Assembly (NCBI GenBank): GCA_964016885.1
Contig: OZ024741.1
Coordinates: forward strand, 368,528,001 to 368,592,000
Direction: 5' to 3'
Length of the DNA stretch: 64,000 nt
Origin: Eledone cirrhosa
Lineage: Eukaryota
How positions within the stretch are numbered: position 1 is the first letter of the stretch; every line of letters starts with the position of its first letter. The notes beneath the pieces were generated by a model, which saw nothing but the letters and a program-made list of their open reading frames with translations, was not told the origin of the DNA and did not search any database. Positions 51,203-64,000 of the stretch are shown here, in pieces. A program made the translations under genes and the position numbers.

Positions 51203-53205
51203 CATCATCATCATCATCATCATCATTTTTACATCTGTATTTCCATGCTCGCATGGGTTGGACGAGTCCTTCTCAGCATAGCATCTCTCCACTCACCATG
51301 TTCCTTCATTATCTCCTCTGTGAGTCTCAGTGACTTGTGATCAGCTCTCACCACCTCTGCCAAGGTCTTCCTTGGTCTACTCCACTGTGGCTTTTTTCCA
51401 CTGGGATTTCCTGACACTTCTTCACCTAGATAGCAGAAGCTATCAACCACTTCTTTGGATCCTTCCTGTGATTGGAGAAAGTATATATCACAGATGCTTC
51501 CCCTTGATTACCCCTGTGCATCTTTTACATACAAAGTTTTCCCTTCCTATTAGTCTACCTGATATCCTGCTACATCTCTATATCCAAGATTTACATTGTG
51601 TTCATCGTACAGAGTTTATGCCTGCTCCTTTTCTATATATTGAGCATAGCCACTTCCCTGAGGGAATCAGAGTCCTAGCTTCTTTCTTACTTACTAGCAC
51701 ATTAGTTTTGACTAAGTTTACTCCCTCATCTTTGGATTCCAAATTTTGTTTCCATAGTCGGAATGTATTTTCTAGTTCTTTTATGGAATCAGCTATAAAG
51801 ACCAGATCATCAGCATAGAGATGTTCCCACAAACAACCAGTCTTAATCTTCTCTGTTATGGCCTGGATAACTATGATGAATAGCAGTGAGCTAAGAATGG
51901 AACACTGTACCTTGTATTCCTCACTAAACTCACTTCCTACTCTCACTTTACTGACAGCTCCTCTATGTACTGCTCTCACAAGCAATTCTAAAACTAATTT
52001 CCGTAAAGACCACTAGATAATAGATCGAGGTACTCTGTCAAAGGCCTTAAAAAAACTAGATACAGCAGCTTATTCTTGGCTAGGAACTTCACTTGCAGTT
52101 GCCTCACTAAAAAGAGGGCATCTGTAGGACTTTCCCCAGCATGAAACCAAACTGCATATTGTCTAATTTGAATCTTTCTCTAATTAGCTGTGCTATAACT
52201 CTTTAGCAGAAAGTTAATAATTATGATATTAACAAGAATAATAATATGTATATGTGTTGTTGTTGTAGCAGGAAAGGTATGGTTTTTGTTAGGCTAAAGT
52301 ATAGCAGTTAGAGGTTTAGTTTTAATGTAACTGTTTGTTAAGTGTGAGAGAAGTGAATGTTTGTTGAATTAACCGTAAAGTCTTTGTTAACATTTTTACA
52401 TGTTTTTATTCACAACTAATTACAAAGGTTGAGTTGAGTTGACATGTCAAACAAAGGAATAAACAAATTTAGAGTTAAGAAGTGAATGTGGCATTGTGCC
52501 AGGCCTAAGAAGGCCAACAGGCCAAAGTGAAGATCTCACCGTTACATAATAATGTCCTTTCCTTTCAACGTCCAAGCAGCAGGAGAAAGTATATACTAAA
52601 GAAGCGGGAAAATCTTTGTTTGGGCGGAAGTTGATAATATATATCCGTGCGTGGCTCGCGATTGGCCTGACTTAGCCAAATGACGGACGCATAGCCTACC
52701 AATGCGCCAAAGGCAAGTAGCTTGCTACAACTCTTTCCTTCACTTTCATGACTTGATCCATTAGTTTTATTTCTTTATAGTTGCTCCTTTCTAGAGAATT
52801 ACCTTTGCCCTTGTAGCAATTTATGATTGTAATGCTGCTCCAATCATTGGGTGTGACTCCATCTTGTATTACTTGATTGATTATGTGGGTTACTCCTAAT
52901 TGATTATGTGGGTTACTCCTAATTCTCTCGATGCTTTTAGCATCTCAGCAACTATCTCTGATGGTCCTGCAGCTTTACAATTCTTCATCTCCTTGATTGC
53001 TTTTTTGATACTATAACCATCAATTTCAATAGCTGATACTTCTGTTGGGTAAGTTAAGGATAGTCTCTCCTCCCGTTCATTTTCTACATTCATCAGTCAC
53101 TCATAGTAACATTTCCAGGTCTCTTTCTTTTGAGCATCAGTGATGCTAAGTGCACCAGCATCATTTCTAACACTTTTCCTCAACAACATTCTGATTCGCA
53201 CTGAA
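51203..53205 (-). mobile_element. Degraded RTE LINE interrupted by a solo LTR
   Basis: KAAGPSEIVAEMLKAS, MQFGF, WEHLYADDL, PHD remnant, (GAT)n tail. Confidence 0.9.
52202..52729. mobile_element. Solo LTR (528 bp) inserted in the RTE RT region
   Basis: Termini TTTAGCAG...TTGCTACA (consensus TGTAGCA/TGCTACA); 4-bp TSD ACTC (52198-52201 and 52730-52733); removing it restores RTE codons VKERVIAQ. Confidence 0.75.
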
Positions 53206-55490
53206 TTCAAAAGTAGAGAAGTGAATGGTGTGAATAAATCTTGACTGGAATGTTCTGAGAATCCAGGAACACACCCTGTGGGCCATGTCAACTTTGTTGT
53301 TTATATAAGTAGCCCAGCTTATATTGTTATCAACAATTACTCCCAGCTCTCTGGTGTTGTTGGATCCCATGAGGGTTTCACCTGAGGGAAGGGATATATG
53401 GGAGTTTCAGTGCATCCTCTTTTCCAAAGTGGATTAGTTCGAATTTATCCTCATTCAGTAGCATATTGTTTTTTTTCTGCCCATTGGATAACAGCAAGTA
53501 GATCTGATTGAAGACAAGTCCGACTACCCACTCCATTGATGACCTTCTGGAGCTTGGAATCATCTGCAAAGATTCTTATGTTGTTGTGTTTGATGTTGTC
53601 AATAATGTAATTGATATAAATAAAGAAGAAAACTGGGCCCAACACAGTGTCCTGTGGGATGCCACTACTGACTTTGGCTGGGCTTGATTGTATTCCTTTA
53701 ACTACAACATGTTGGACTCTGTTTGTCAGGAAACACTTGATCTATTACAGTAACTTTCCAGAGACACCAATGTTGGATAGTTTTTTCAGTAGGATGTTGT
53801 GATCAACTTTGTCAAAGGCCTTGCTGAAATCAAGGTGTATGACATCAGTGTTGGAGCCCTTTCCAAAAGCTCATAAAATATCATCAAAGTGATGTAGGAT
53901 CTGCGTTAGGCAGTTCCTTCCATTACGGAGCCAATGTTAGTTGGAGTTCAGCAGATTGTTGCTTTCAAGAAAGTGAGTTATTCGTGATCTCATCACCCTA
54001 TGAAATACCTTAATGATATGAGAGCTGAGTAAGATTTGACAGTAATTCAGTGCAAGGAACTTATTTCCCTTCTTGAAAACTGGGACAACAGACTGGGACA
54101 GAAAGTTTGCAGGTATATAGCCAGCGTCCAGCAATTTCGTCCATAGATTAGCAAGAGGAGATGCAAGTTAGTGTTGACACACCTTCAGGAGACTAGCAGG
54201 GAACCTATCGGGGCCTACGGCTGAGTTGTATTTAATTTTGTATATTTCCACTAAGAAATCAGAAATGTCAAAAGTTATGTCAGATATAGTGTGTTGTGGA
54301 TTAACATCACCGGTACAGCCTGGGTCAGCCATATCAGGACTGCTGAAAACAGAGTAGTATTGTTTCTGCAGTATCTTGCCCATGGTTTTAGCATTGTCTT
54401 GGAGAGTGCCATTTTCATCAACCAGAGAGCCAACAGTGGAGACAGTGACATTGTGTTTTTTTGCTAATGAAAAGAAAACTTTAGGATTGAGTTTGATTTT
54501 CTCAATGGCCCATTCCTCCTCTGCTGTTCTTTGATTATTGATGATGGTTTTCATGCATTGTTGGAGATTATATATTTTTGATTCGAACAGTACAATAGCT
54601 GTTGAATGTATATGTTGTTGTTGGCAGTATTTTAGTTTGTTGATTTTTTTTGTTTGTTCTTTTTATTTTTTCGATAATAGTTTTTCTGGTTTTGGAGATT
54701 ATGCACTTAGTTTTGTTTACAGATCTTGACAGGGTATCTTGTGGACTTATGTTTGTAACAATGTCTACAAATATCTTCTAGGATGTTTTGATGTTGGTGG
54801 AAATGTGTGCAGATGTGAAAGAACAGTCAACATATGATAGATCATTATTGACTGCATCCCAGTTGGCATTATGGAGATCCAAGTTATCAAATGGGTGGGC
54901 TGGGGAGAGGTCATTGAGTTTAGCTTTTGGCTGGTGGATACTCAGGTTACATAGAACCATGTCAAAGTCTGAGAGAAGGGCTTTTTTCACTGTAATATTG
55001 TGTATAGTGTTAATGTTGTCACTAAACACTAGGTCCAAAATGTTTTTCTGATATCTTGTTGGTTCAAGGACAAGTTGGCACAGGAAAAACTCATCCATAA
55101 AGTCGAGACATGACTCTACTGCTGCTTTGTCAGCAGTTGAGGTGGAAGTAACTGGTTGCAAACTGTTTGTTTACCAATCAACACAGGGTAGATTGAAGTC
55201 TCCCATCATTAGTATGTTATGAGAATGGCACTGCTGTATAAAACACTTAATGCTGTTGAGGCATTCTTTGAAGCACTGTATGGGCGTTTGGGGTGGCCTA
55301 TAGAGCCCAACTACTATCAAATCATTGGCTTTGTTATGCATGGTGACCAATTCACAGTAGCCATTGGAGAATGTAATATTTCCATATGCTATAAACGAAT
55401 CATGTAGGAAAATGAAAGTGCCTACCTTCTTACTGTTGACTCGATCTATGTGAATGGTTGCAAAATTCCTCACCTTCACTTTTGCTTTCA
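53206..55490 (-). mobile_element. Degraded CR1/L2-group LINE ORF2 (APE plus RT)
   Basis: LYRPP, MGDFNLP, PTRYQKNILDLVF, LDFSKAFDKVDH, SGIPQDTVLGP, IFADDSKL; multiple stops and frameshifts. Confidence 0.9.
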
Positions 55491-55599
55491 AGTGGTGGTG
55501 GTGGTGGTGGTGGTGGTGGTGGTGGGGGGGGGTCTCAGTTAGGATGAAGAAAGAAATGTGGTGTGGACTCAGTCTTCAATATATATATATATATATATA

Positions 55600-55885
55600 C
55601 GAGGGCAATCCCCAAAATAAGGTCTCCTTCCGATATTGCAACTTTTCCGTTAAAATCCGGTGGATGGTGTTTCGGGAAACCCCAGAAACCAAAATGCAGA
55701 GACCATCCAGAGTGATCCGCCGATCTTTACGCATGTTTTCCTCGGATTGAGCATCCCAGTGAAGCGCGTGCATGCTTGTTTAGGAGTGAAGGAAGCACCA
55801 ATCACAACAGTGTTGCCAACAGCCGTACAAACAGTTTCTCTGCGTCCCCATCGCTTTGGAGACCTTACTTTTGGGATTACCCTCG
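55600..55885 (-). mobile_element. Internally deleted mariner (Tc1/mariner) element, 286 bp
   Basis: 28-bp TIRs CGAGGG(C/T)AATCCC..AA.TAAGGTCTCC; TA flanks; transposase HTH remnant DRRITLDGL...VSRNTIHRILTEKLQYRK. Confidence 0.88.
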
Positions 55886-56073
55886 TATATATATATACAT
55901 ATATACGTACACACACACACATATATATATAGATACATATATATATACATACATACACACACATATCATCATCATTTAATGTCTATCTCCCACGCTAGCA
56001 TGGGTTTAGACAGGAACAGTATATATATGTACATATATACATGTACATATATATATATATATATACATAAATA

Positions 56074-56109
<36 letters not shown>

Positions 56110-56112
<3 letters not shown>

Positions 56113-59100
56113 GTAGGCACCCTAAAGGGTCGCGCTAACGAGGTTGTAGAAATGCTTGAACGTAAGGAGGTCGATGTTTGTTGTATTCAAGAGACCAGGT
56201 GGAGGGGTGGGTCTGCTAGATTCATTGAGGGTAAAAAACGATGTTATAAGCTTTTCTGGGTGGGAAACGACGATGGGCTGGGTGGAGTAGGAATCATGGT
56301 AGCAGAAAAGTGGGCAGATAAGATAATAGACGTAAATAGAGTGAACGACAGAATAATTAAAATACGACTTGTCCTCAATAGAACTACGGTGACAGTAATA
56401 TCTGCGTACGCACTCCAATCCGGACTGCCCGGCACTATAAAAGACAGATTCTATGAGACACTGATGCTAACTACCTCCCAAATATCCGACAGTGACTATA
56501 TAATTATTGCAGGCAACCTAAATGGTCACGTTGGACAACATTGTGACGGCTACGACGAAATCCATGGAGGCTATGGGTTTGGTACTAGAAATGAGGAAGG
56601 CTCCAGAATCCTGGAATTCTGTGATGCAAATAACCTAACTATCTGTAACACTAACTTCAAAAAACGTGACAATCACCTGATCACCTATAGATCCGGGGAA
56701 CACACAAGCCAGGTAGATTATATCCTTACCAGAAGACGTGACAGAGTGTCTGTTGTAAACACTAAATCCCTCCCCCATGAAGAATGCACCTCCCAACATA
56801 AACTGATAATTAGCGACCTCATAGTCAGGACGAGACGTACTCGACAGCAGAAGAGGACTATCCTCAGGAGAAAAATATGGAAGCTAAAGGACCCCACAGC
56901 CAGAAATAAATTTCAAAGCATATTACTTGATGCTTTCGACAGTAAGGAAGAACATTTAGAGTCGGACAATATAGAGAGACAGTGGGAATTTATGAAAGCA
57001 AACCTGCTGATGGCGACAGTCTGTGGCTGGAGCAGGCCTGTAGGCAGGAGGAGAGTAACATGGCGGTGGAACAGTAAGGTGGAGGGGTCAATTAAGGCCA
57101 AAAAGCAGGCTTGGAAAGTATGGCGGGATGGGGGAAGTAGAGAAGACTATCAAGTGGCCAGGAGGGAAGCTAGGAGACAAGTGTACTTAGCAAGAAGGGA
57201 AGCTGAGGAAAGAAAGTTCAAGCATGTTCTACAACGCGAGGACCAAAAACGTGAGGTGTTCAGGATTGCTAGGCAATGCGTCAAGGAAAACCGTGATATT
57301 GTCGGGGAGAAGTGTGTACTAAACGACGATGGCACACTTGCCATCACCGACGCTGATAAGAAAGTAGCTTGGAAGTGTCACTATGAAAGGCTACTAAATG
57401 AGGAGAATAAATGGGAGAAAGACAGTCTCCCCCATATCGACCCAATAGAGGGACCAGCAGTGTTAGTCGAGGGGAGTATAATAAGTAAGGCAATCAAGGA
57501 TATGAAGACGGGTAAGGCGGCTGGGCCTTTGGAAATAGTTGCTGAGATGCTGAAGGCATCTGGCACGGTGGGACACACCATGGTCACCCGCATAGTTAAC
57601 CAAGTCGTACAGAATGGGGTTGTTCCGAAGGACTGGCATAGCAGCATCATCGTTAACTGTTATAAGGGTAAAGGAGACGCTCTAGATAGGAGTAACTATA
57701 GAGGCATTAAATTAATCGACCAGGTCATGAAGGTCACGGAAAAAGTAATAGCACAACTAATCAGAGAGAGAATTGACCTAGATGAAATGCAGTTCGGGTT
57801 TGTGTCAGGCCAAAGTACCACAGACGCTCTTTTCATTGTACGACAACTACAGGAGAAGTACCTAACTAAAGGTAAACCCCTCTACTTAGCTTTTGTCGAC
57901 TTGGAGAAAGCCTTCGACAGAGTCTCCCGCTCCATTATCTGGTGGGCTCTTAGAAAACTAGGCGTTGATGAATGGCTTGTGAGGGCTATACAAGCCATGT
58001 ATAAAGAAACAGTCAGCAAGGTTAGAATTAACAACGAATATAGTGAAGAGTTTAGCGTAAAAGTTGGCGTCCATCAGGGCTCTGTTCTCAGCCCCCTACT
58101 ATTTATTATTGCCCTTCAGGCTATAACAGAGGAGTTCAAGACCGGCTGCCCATGGGAACTCCTATACGCAGATGACCTGACACTCATAGCGGAATCAATG
58201 GCCGAGCTAGAGAAGAAATTCCAAACATGGAAGCACGGCCTAGAATCAAAAGGACTTAAAATTAACCTGGCTAAGACTAAAGTTCTAGTTTGTAGGAAAG
58301 AAAATAAGGTGGCGGTCCCTTCTGGGAAATGGTCGTGCTCGGTGTGTAGGAAAGGTGTAGGTAGAAACTCCATTTTATGTCCTAAATGCAAAGTATGGGT
58401 GCATAAAAGATGTAGTGGGATCACTGGTAAGCTAACTAAGAACATAGATTTTACATGTGGCCGGTGCTCTGGTACAATAAGTAGCAGCAAGTGCCCACAA
58501 AATACTAGCTCTTTCAATTGCGCAGAGGGTTCTATAGAAATAGTGGACAGCTTCCGTTACCTGGGTGATAAAATCAGCAGTGGGGAAGGGTGCTCTGAAA
58601 GTACAGTAGCTAGAGTCAGAACTGGTTGTAAAAAGTTCAGAGAGCTTATACCACTATTAGCTGCTAAAGGGTTCTCCCTAAAAATGAAAGGCAGGTTGTA
58701 CGATGCCTGCATACGAACAGCAATGTTGCATGGCAGTGAGACCTGGGCATTGTGTGCAGAGGATATACGCAGACTAGAGAGGAACGAAGCTTGCATGCTC
58801 CGCTGGATGTGTAACAGTAATATACGTGAACGGCAAAGCATAAACGAACTAAGGAAAAAATTAGAAATAAGAGGGATCAGATGTTGTTTACTCGAGAGAA
58901 GACTACGTTGGTATGGACACGTGATGCGCATGAAAGTCGATAGCTGTATAACAAAGTGCAGGGCAATAAAGATAGACGGTAGCCACGGAATAGGCAGACC
59001 TAGAAAAACCTGGGACGAGCTGATAAACTCCGACCTCACACACTTACACCTCTCCAAGACAATGTCACTGGACCGAGACCTTTGGCGGTACTCAGTAACA

Positions 59101-59517
59101 GAGAAGACCCGCCTTACCTAAATACATAGTAAAACCTACTACAGCCAGTAGGCATCTCTAACAAAATACCCCCCCCCCCGTCCCACCACCCCCACCCCAT
59201 CCACACCACCCCGTTCTATGTAAAGTTATGTTGGTGCCACACCATCCAGGCCAAAACAAATGAGATCGTGTAGGTGTCACGACAAAAAAAAAAACACACA
59301 GTCCACGCTGTAATGTGGCCGTGTAGGCAACACGGTAAAAACCTCCCAGACCCACACTGTAAATGTGGTTGGTGTTAGGAAGGGCATCCAACTGTAGAAA
59401 ACCTGCCAGACAGTCCTATGCGAGCAAGACAATCACTCTTGCCTCAAGTGGGACTACCCCCGTCCAAACCCATGCAAGCGTGGAACACGGACGTTAAACG
59501 TTGATGATGATGATGAT
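56110..59517 (+). mobile_element. Near full-length RTE-clade LINE, 5'-truncated at the start of the endonuclease; 3' UTR ends in (GAT)n
   Basis: Uninterrupted ORF; family 3' end CATGCAAGCGTGGAACACGGACGTTAAACGTT(GAT)n. Confidence 0.95.
56152..59121 (+). CDS. RTE LINE ORF2 (APE endonuclease, reverse transcriptase, PHD-type C4HC3 finger); reading frame extends to 56110 (NVGTLKGR)
   Basis: CIQETRW, DYIL, SQH (EN); QFGF, FVDLEKAFD, GVHQGSVLSP, LYADD, RYLG (RT); CSVC..CPKC..H.RC..CGRC. Confidence 0.95.
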   Translation: MLERKEVDVCCIQETRWRGGSARFIEGKKRCYKLFWVGNDDGLGGVGIMVAEKWADKIIDVNRVNDRIIKIRLVLNRTTVTVISAYALQSGLPGTIKDRFYETLMLTTSQISDSDYIIIAGNLNGHVGQHCDGYDEIHGGYGFGTRNEEGSRILEFCDANNLTICNTNFKKRDNHLITYRSGEHTSQVDYILTRRRDRVSVVNTKSLPHEECTSQHKLIISDLIVRTRRTRQQKRTILRRKIWKLKDPTARNKFQSILLDAFDSKEEHLESDNIERQWEFMKANLLMATVCGWSRPVGRRRVTWRWNSKVEGSIKAKKQAWKVWRDGGSREDYQVARREARRQVYLARREAEERKFKHVLQREDQKREVFRIARQCVKENRDIVGEKCVLNDDGTLAITDADKKVAWKCHYERLLNEENKWEKDSLPHIDPIEGPAVLVEGSIISKAIKDMKTGKAAGPLEIVAEMLKASGTVGHTMVTRIVNQVVQNGVVPKDWHSSIIVNCYKGKGDALDRSNYRGIKLIDQVMKVTEKVIAQLIRERIDLDEMQFGFVSGQSTTDALFIVRQLQEKYLTKGKPLYLAFVDLEKAFDRVSRSIIWWALRKLGVDEWLVRAIQAMYKETVSKVRINNEYSEEFSVKVGVHQGSVLSPLLFIIALQAITEEFKTGCPWELLYADDLTLIAESMAELEKKFQTWKHGLESKGLKINLAKTKVLVCRKENKVAVPSGKWSCSVCRKGVGRNSILCPKCKVWVHKRCSGITGKLTKNIDFTCGRCSGTISSSKCPQNTSSFNCAEGSIEIVDSFRYLGDKISSGEGCSESTVARVRTGCKKFRELIPLLAAKGFSLKMKGRLYDACIRTAMLHGSETWALCAEDIRRLERNEACMLRWMCNSNIRERQSINELRKKLEIRGIRCCLLERRLRWYGHVMRMKVDSCITKCRAIKIDGSHGIGRPRKTWDELINSDLTHLHLSKTMSLDRDLWRYSVTEKTRLT

Positions 59518-59691
59518 ATATACACACAGGCAAGAGTAATCAATCTTAAAGAGAGAGATGGAGATAGGAGAGGAGAGATTGGTGAATTAGTTAGAAGCCA
59601 AAGCGTAAAGGCATGTGCTCAATGTGCAATATGCAGTGGAAAGCAGCTAGGTGGCTGGGTTCATGCAGAGGTTAGGTGCACAGAGCTGGAA

Positions 59692-60764
<1,073 letters not shown>

Positions 60765-61013
60765 CATGCATATATATATATACACACATACAGTGAAGGC
60801 GTGTGGCTGAGTGGTTAGAGAATTGGATCCACAATCTTGAGGTTGTAAGTTTGATTCCTGGACCGGGCGATGTGTTATGTCCTTGAGCAAGACACTTTAT
60901 TTCACGTTGCTCCTTCTACCTGGAGTTAGATAGTATTAGCAACTGGAAAGACCGATGAAAATATTGTTTCTTTGGTCCGATTTGATGAAAGTCGATCAAT
61001 CCTTTTATATATA

Positions 61014-62502
61014 CATCATCATCATCATCGTTTAATGTCTATCTTCCCTGCTAGCATGGATTAGACAGGAGTTGTCCCACTTGAAGAAAGATTGGTTGGG
61101 TGACCGTGTCTCGCTCGTATAGGACTATCTGGCAGGTTTTCTACGGCTGGATGCCCTTCCTAACACCAACCACATTAATCAGGCATCTACCATACTCTGA
61201 ACGCCTTGCTTCCCTGGGCATGGATACATTGAAGCTCCGACGTCTGGCAACTGACTTGGTAAACACCCACAAAATTAATAACCATCTTGCCAACAACAAC
61301 CCTGAGTACCTTTTTGATTTCCATGTGTCTAACACACGTGGGCATGCCCATAAAGTCAGAAAACAGCACAGCTCCCATGACTTTCGGAAACATTTTTTCA
61401 CGCTCAGAGTTGCTGAAGCATGCATGGAACAAACTACCTGCATCAGTTATTAGCTGTCGAGACACTGCATCCTTTAAAACCTCCATGCTTCCTGAGATTC
61501 GCCAACACTACACCTAATATTCCCCCTCCATACACATACATACATGTATATCATGACTCATACACTATTCACTTCCCTGACATTTGTATATTATTCTATG
61601 TACTATACATGCACCTTTGACGAGTTGTAGTGCACCTGAGCACTTTACACAATAATTTCATTATTATTATATATTAATATTTACAGTGTGGACTGGGAGC
61701 TTTTTACCGTGTTATCTACATGGCCACATTACAGCATGGACTGTGTGTTTTTTTTGTTGTGACACCTACACAACCTCTTTAGTTTGGACTGGATGTTCTG
61801 TTGTACCAACATAACTTTATAGAGAAAGGGTGGTGTTGGCAGGAGTGGGTGGATGGAGTAGGGGTGGTGCGTTGGTGTATATTTAGTTAAGAGGTGCCTA
61901 CTGACTGTAGGTTAACTTTACACGTATTACTGTGTGGCGCCAAAGATCTCAATCCAGTGACATTGTCTTAGACAGGTGTAAGTGTGCAAGGTCGGAATTT
62001 ACCTACCATGTCGTCCTAGGTTTTTCTGGGTCTACCTACTCTGTAACTTCCACCAATTTTGATCACCCTGCACTTTTTTATACAGCTGTCATCTTTCATG
62101 CACATTACGTGACCATACCAACGTAATCTTCTCTCAAGTAAACAGCATCTGATCCCTCTATTCCTAATTTCTCACTTAGTTCATTTATGTTTTGCTGTTC
62201 GTGTATGTTACTATTACACATCCAACAGAGCATGCATGCTTCATTCCTTTCCAGTCTGCGCAGGTCCTCTGCACACAATGCCCATGTCTCACTGCCATGT
62301 AGCATTGCTGTTTGTATACAAGCATCATAGAATCTGCCTTTCATTTTTAGAGAGAAACCTTTTGAGGCCAACAGCAGTATAAGCTCTCTGAACTTTTTCC
62401 ATCCCATTCTGACTCTGGCTACCATACTTTCAGAGCACCCTCCACCACTGCTGATTTTGTCATCCAGGTAACGGAAAGTGTCCACTATTTCTAAAGAACC
62501 AT
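61014..62502 (-). mobile_element. 3' part of the RTE LINE family (tail-to-tail with 56110-59517), interrupted by a CR1 fragment
   Basis: SLEIVDTFRYLDDKISSGGGCSES...AMLHGSETW; same composite 3' UTR. Confidence 0.9.
61177..61672 (+). mobile_element. CR1-group LINE 3' end inserted in the RTE 3' UTR
   Basis: LPYSERLASLGMDTLKLRRL..DL, NTRGH, RKHFFTLRV..AWNKLP; (ATT)n tail. Confidence 0.88.
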
Positions 62503-62567
62503 CTATATATACATATGCATACATACATATATATATATATATACATCTATATATATTCACATATACA

Positions 62568-63340
62568 TCATCATCATTTTACGTCCGCTCTTCCCTGCTT
62601 GCAGGGGTGGGTCGGGTCTTATTTAGCACAGCCTCTCTCCACTTGTCACGGTCCTTCGTCATCTCCACCGTGAGCTTCAGCGATCTGAGGTCTGTTCTCA
62701 CCACCTCCGCCCATGTTTTTCGTGGTCTACCTCTACCACGTCTTCCTTCAACTGGCATTTCCTGGCACTTCTTCACCCATCGGTCATCCTCCATGCACAT
62801 CACATGTCCATACCACCTCAGTCTCCTCTCTCGTACACTACATTCTATCCCTCTCAACACATTCATGCTGGGTCGTTCACGCACATTGACACTGCACATC
62901 CAATGGAGCATGCTTGCCTCATTTCTCTCCAGCCGTCGCATATCCTCTGCAGTTGCTGCCCATGTTTCACTACCATGCAGCATCGCGCTTCTCACACAGG
63001 CATCATATAACCGGCCTTTCATATGCAGGGAGAAACCCTTCTTCGTCAGCAGAGGAAGCAGCTCCCTAAACTTCTTCCAACTTGTCCTTATTCTAGATAC
63101 TATGGTCTCGGAACACCCCCTCCCATGCTAATCTGATCTCCTAGGTACCGGAAGCTATCCACCACTTCTATAGCACCCACCTGCATTGGAAAAATGTGTC
63201 AATCAATACGACTTCTACTGTCTAATTTCCCTGTACATCTACTGCTTACGTATTTCTCCCTACCTGTTAGTTTGCCTGCTATCCCACTACATCTCTTGTG
63301 TACCCACAATGCATTGTGTGCATTTTATAGAATTTATATA
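62568..63340 (-). mobile_element. RTE LINE 3' part (second subfamily with short tail)
   Basis: [21 protein letters not shown]...GRGRPRKTW...KTRPTPASREERT* followed by (GAT)n. Confidence 0.9.
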
Positions 63341-63827
63341 CATATATATATTTACATATGTGTATATACAATATATGCAGATGATCTAACTCTCATAGCT
63401 GAATCTATGGCTGAACTAAAGAGGAAATTCCAAACATGGAAGCATGGCGTTGAATCAAAAGGCCTTAGAGTCAACTTGTCTAAGACTAAAGTTCTACATC
63501 CCATGTCCTAACACTCCACCCTCACATGCCCTTATACCTACCTCCCCAATCCCCATACATCTTCCGTCCACACTGTAAAGTGGTCATTTTGGTGCCACAA
63601 CAAAAGACACCCAGCTCACACTGTAAAGTAGTCATGTAGGTGTCATGAGAAAAAAAAACACCCAACCTTCATTGTAAATGTTGTTGGTATTAGGAAGAGC
63701 ATCCATCCGTAGAAACCAAGCCAGAAACAGTTCTGTATGAGCAAAGCAGTCACCTGACCTGACTTGCCTCAAATGGGACAACCTGTCTAACCCATGCTAG
63801 CAAGGAAAATAGACGTTAAACGATGAT

Positions 63828-63890
<63 letters not shown>

Positions 63891-64000
63891 TCATCATTTA
63901 ACGTCCACTTTTCATGCTAGCATGGGGTATATATGTGTGTAGCTTGGAAGTGTCACTACGAAAGGCTACTAAATGAGGAGAATAATTGGGAGAAAGACAG

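Noticed and set aside
58116-59057. Antisense ORFs of 133 and 166 aa (and similar at 51330, 62478)
   Set aside because: Shadow frames of the RTE ORF2 with no independent protein features.

Overview
Eukaryotic, AT-rich and repeat-dense genomic DNA. It is most likely from a coleoid cephalopod (Octopus-like), inferred from the SINE/RTE repertoire, the (TA)n tracts and the molluscan-type protein. Two convergent genes are present. One is the last coding exon of an ankyrin-repeat/SOCS-box (ASB-type) gene (+, 1-522). The other is a complete 13-exon 26S proteasome lid subunit PSMD11/Rpn6 gene (-, 44574-6770, 425 aa, all introns GT-AG and phase-consistent) that is unusually divergent at normally conserved motifs. 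The rest is introns and intergenic DNA filled with transposable elements: a near full-length RTE LINE ORF (APE-RT-PHD finger), many RTE and CR1-type remnants, tRNA-derived SINEs, Helitron-type and piggyBac/mariner MITEs, a non-autonomous LTR element, a solo LTR and Penelope-like remnants. Highlights: hammerhead-ribozyme motifs, including a mirror pair in a 950-bp inverted repeat; a 32-nt tRNA-Trp primer-binding site with a mismatch exactly at the m1A58 position; and a ~29-unit intronic minisatellite whose sense strand carries box C (GUGAUGA) and box D (CUGA) in each unit. Most ORF-track entries are microsatellite or TE artefacts.
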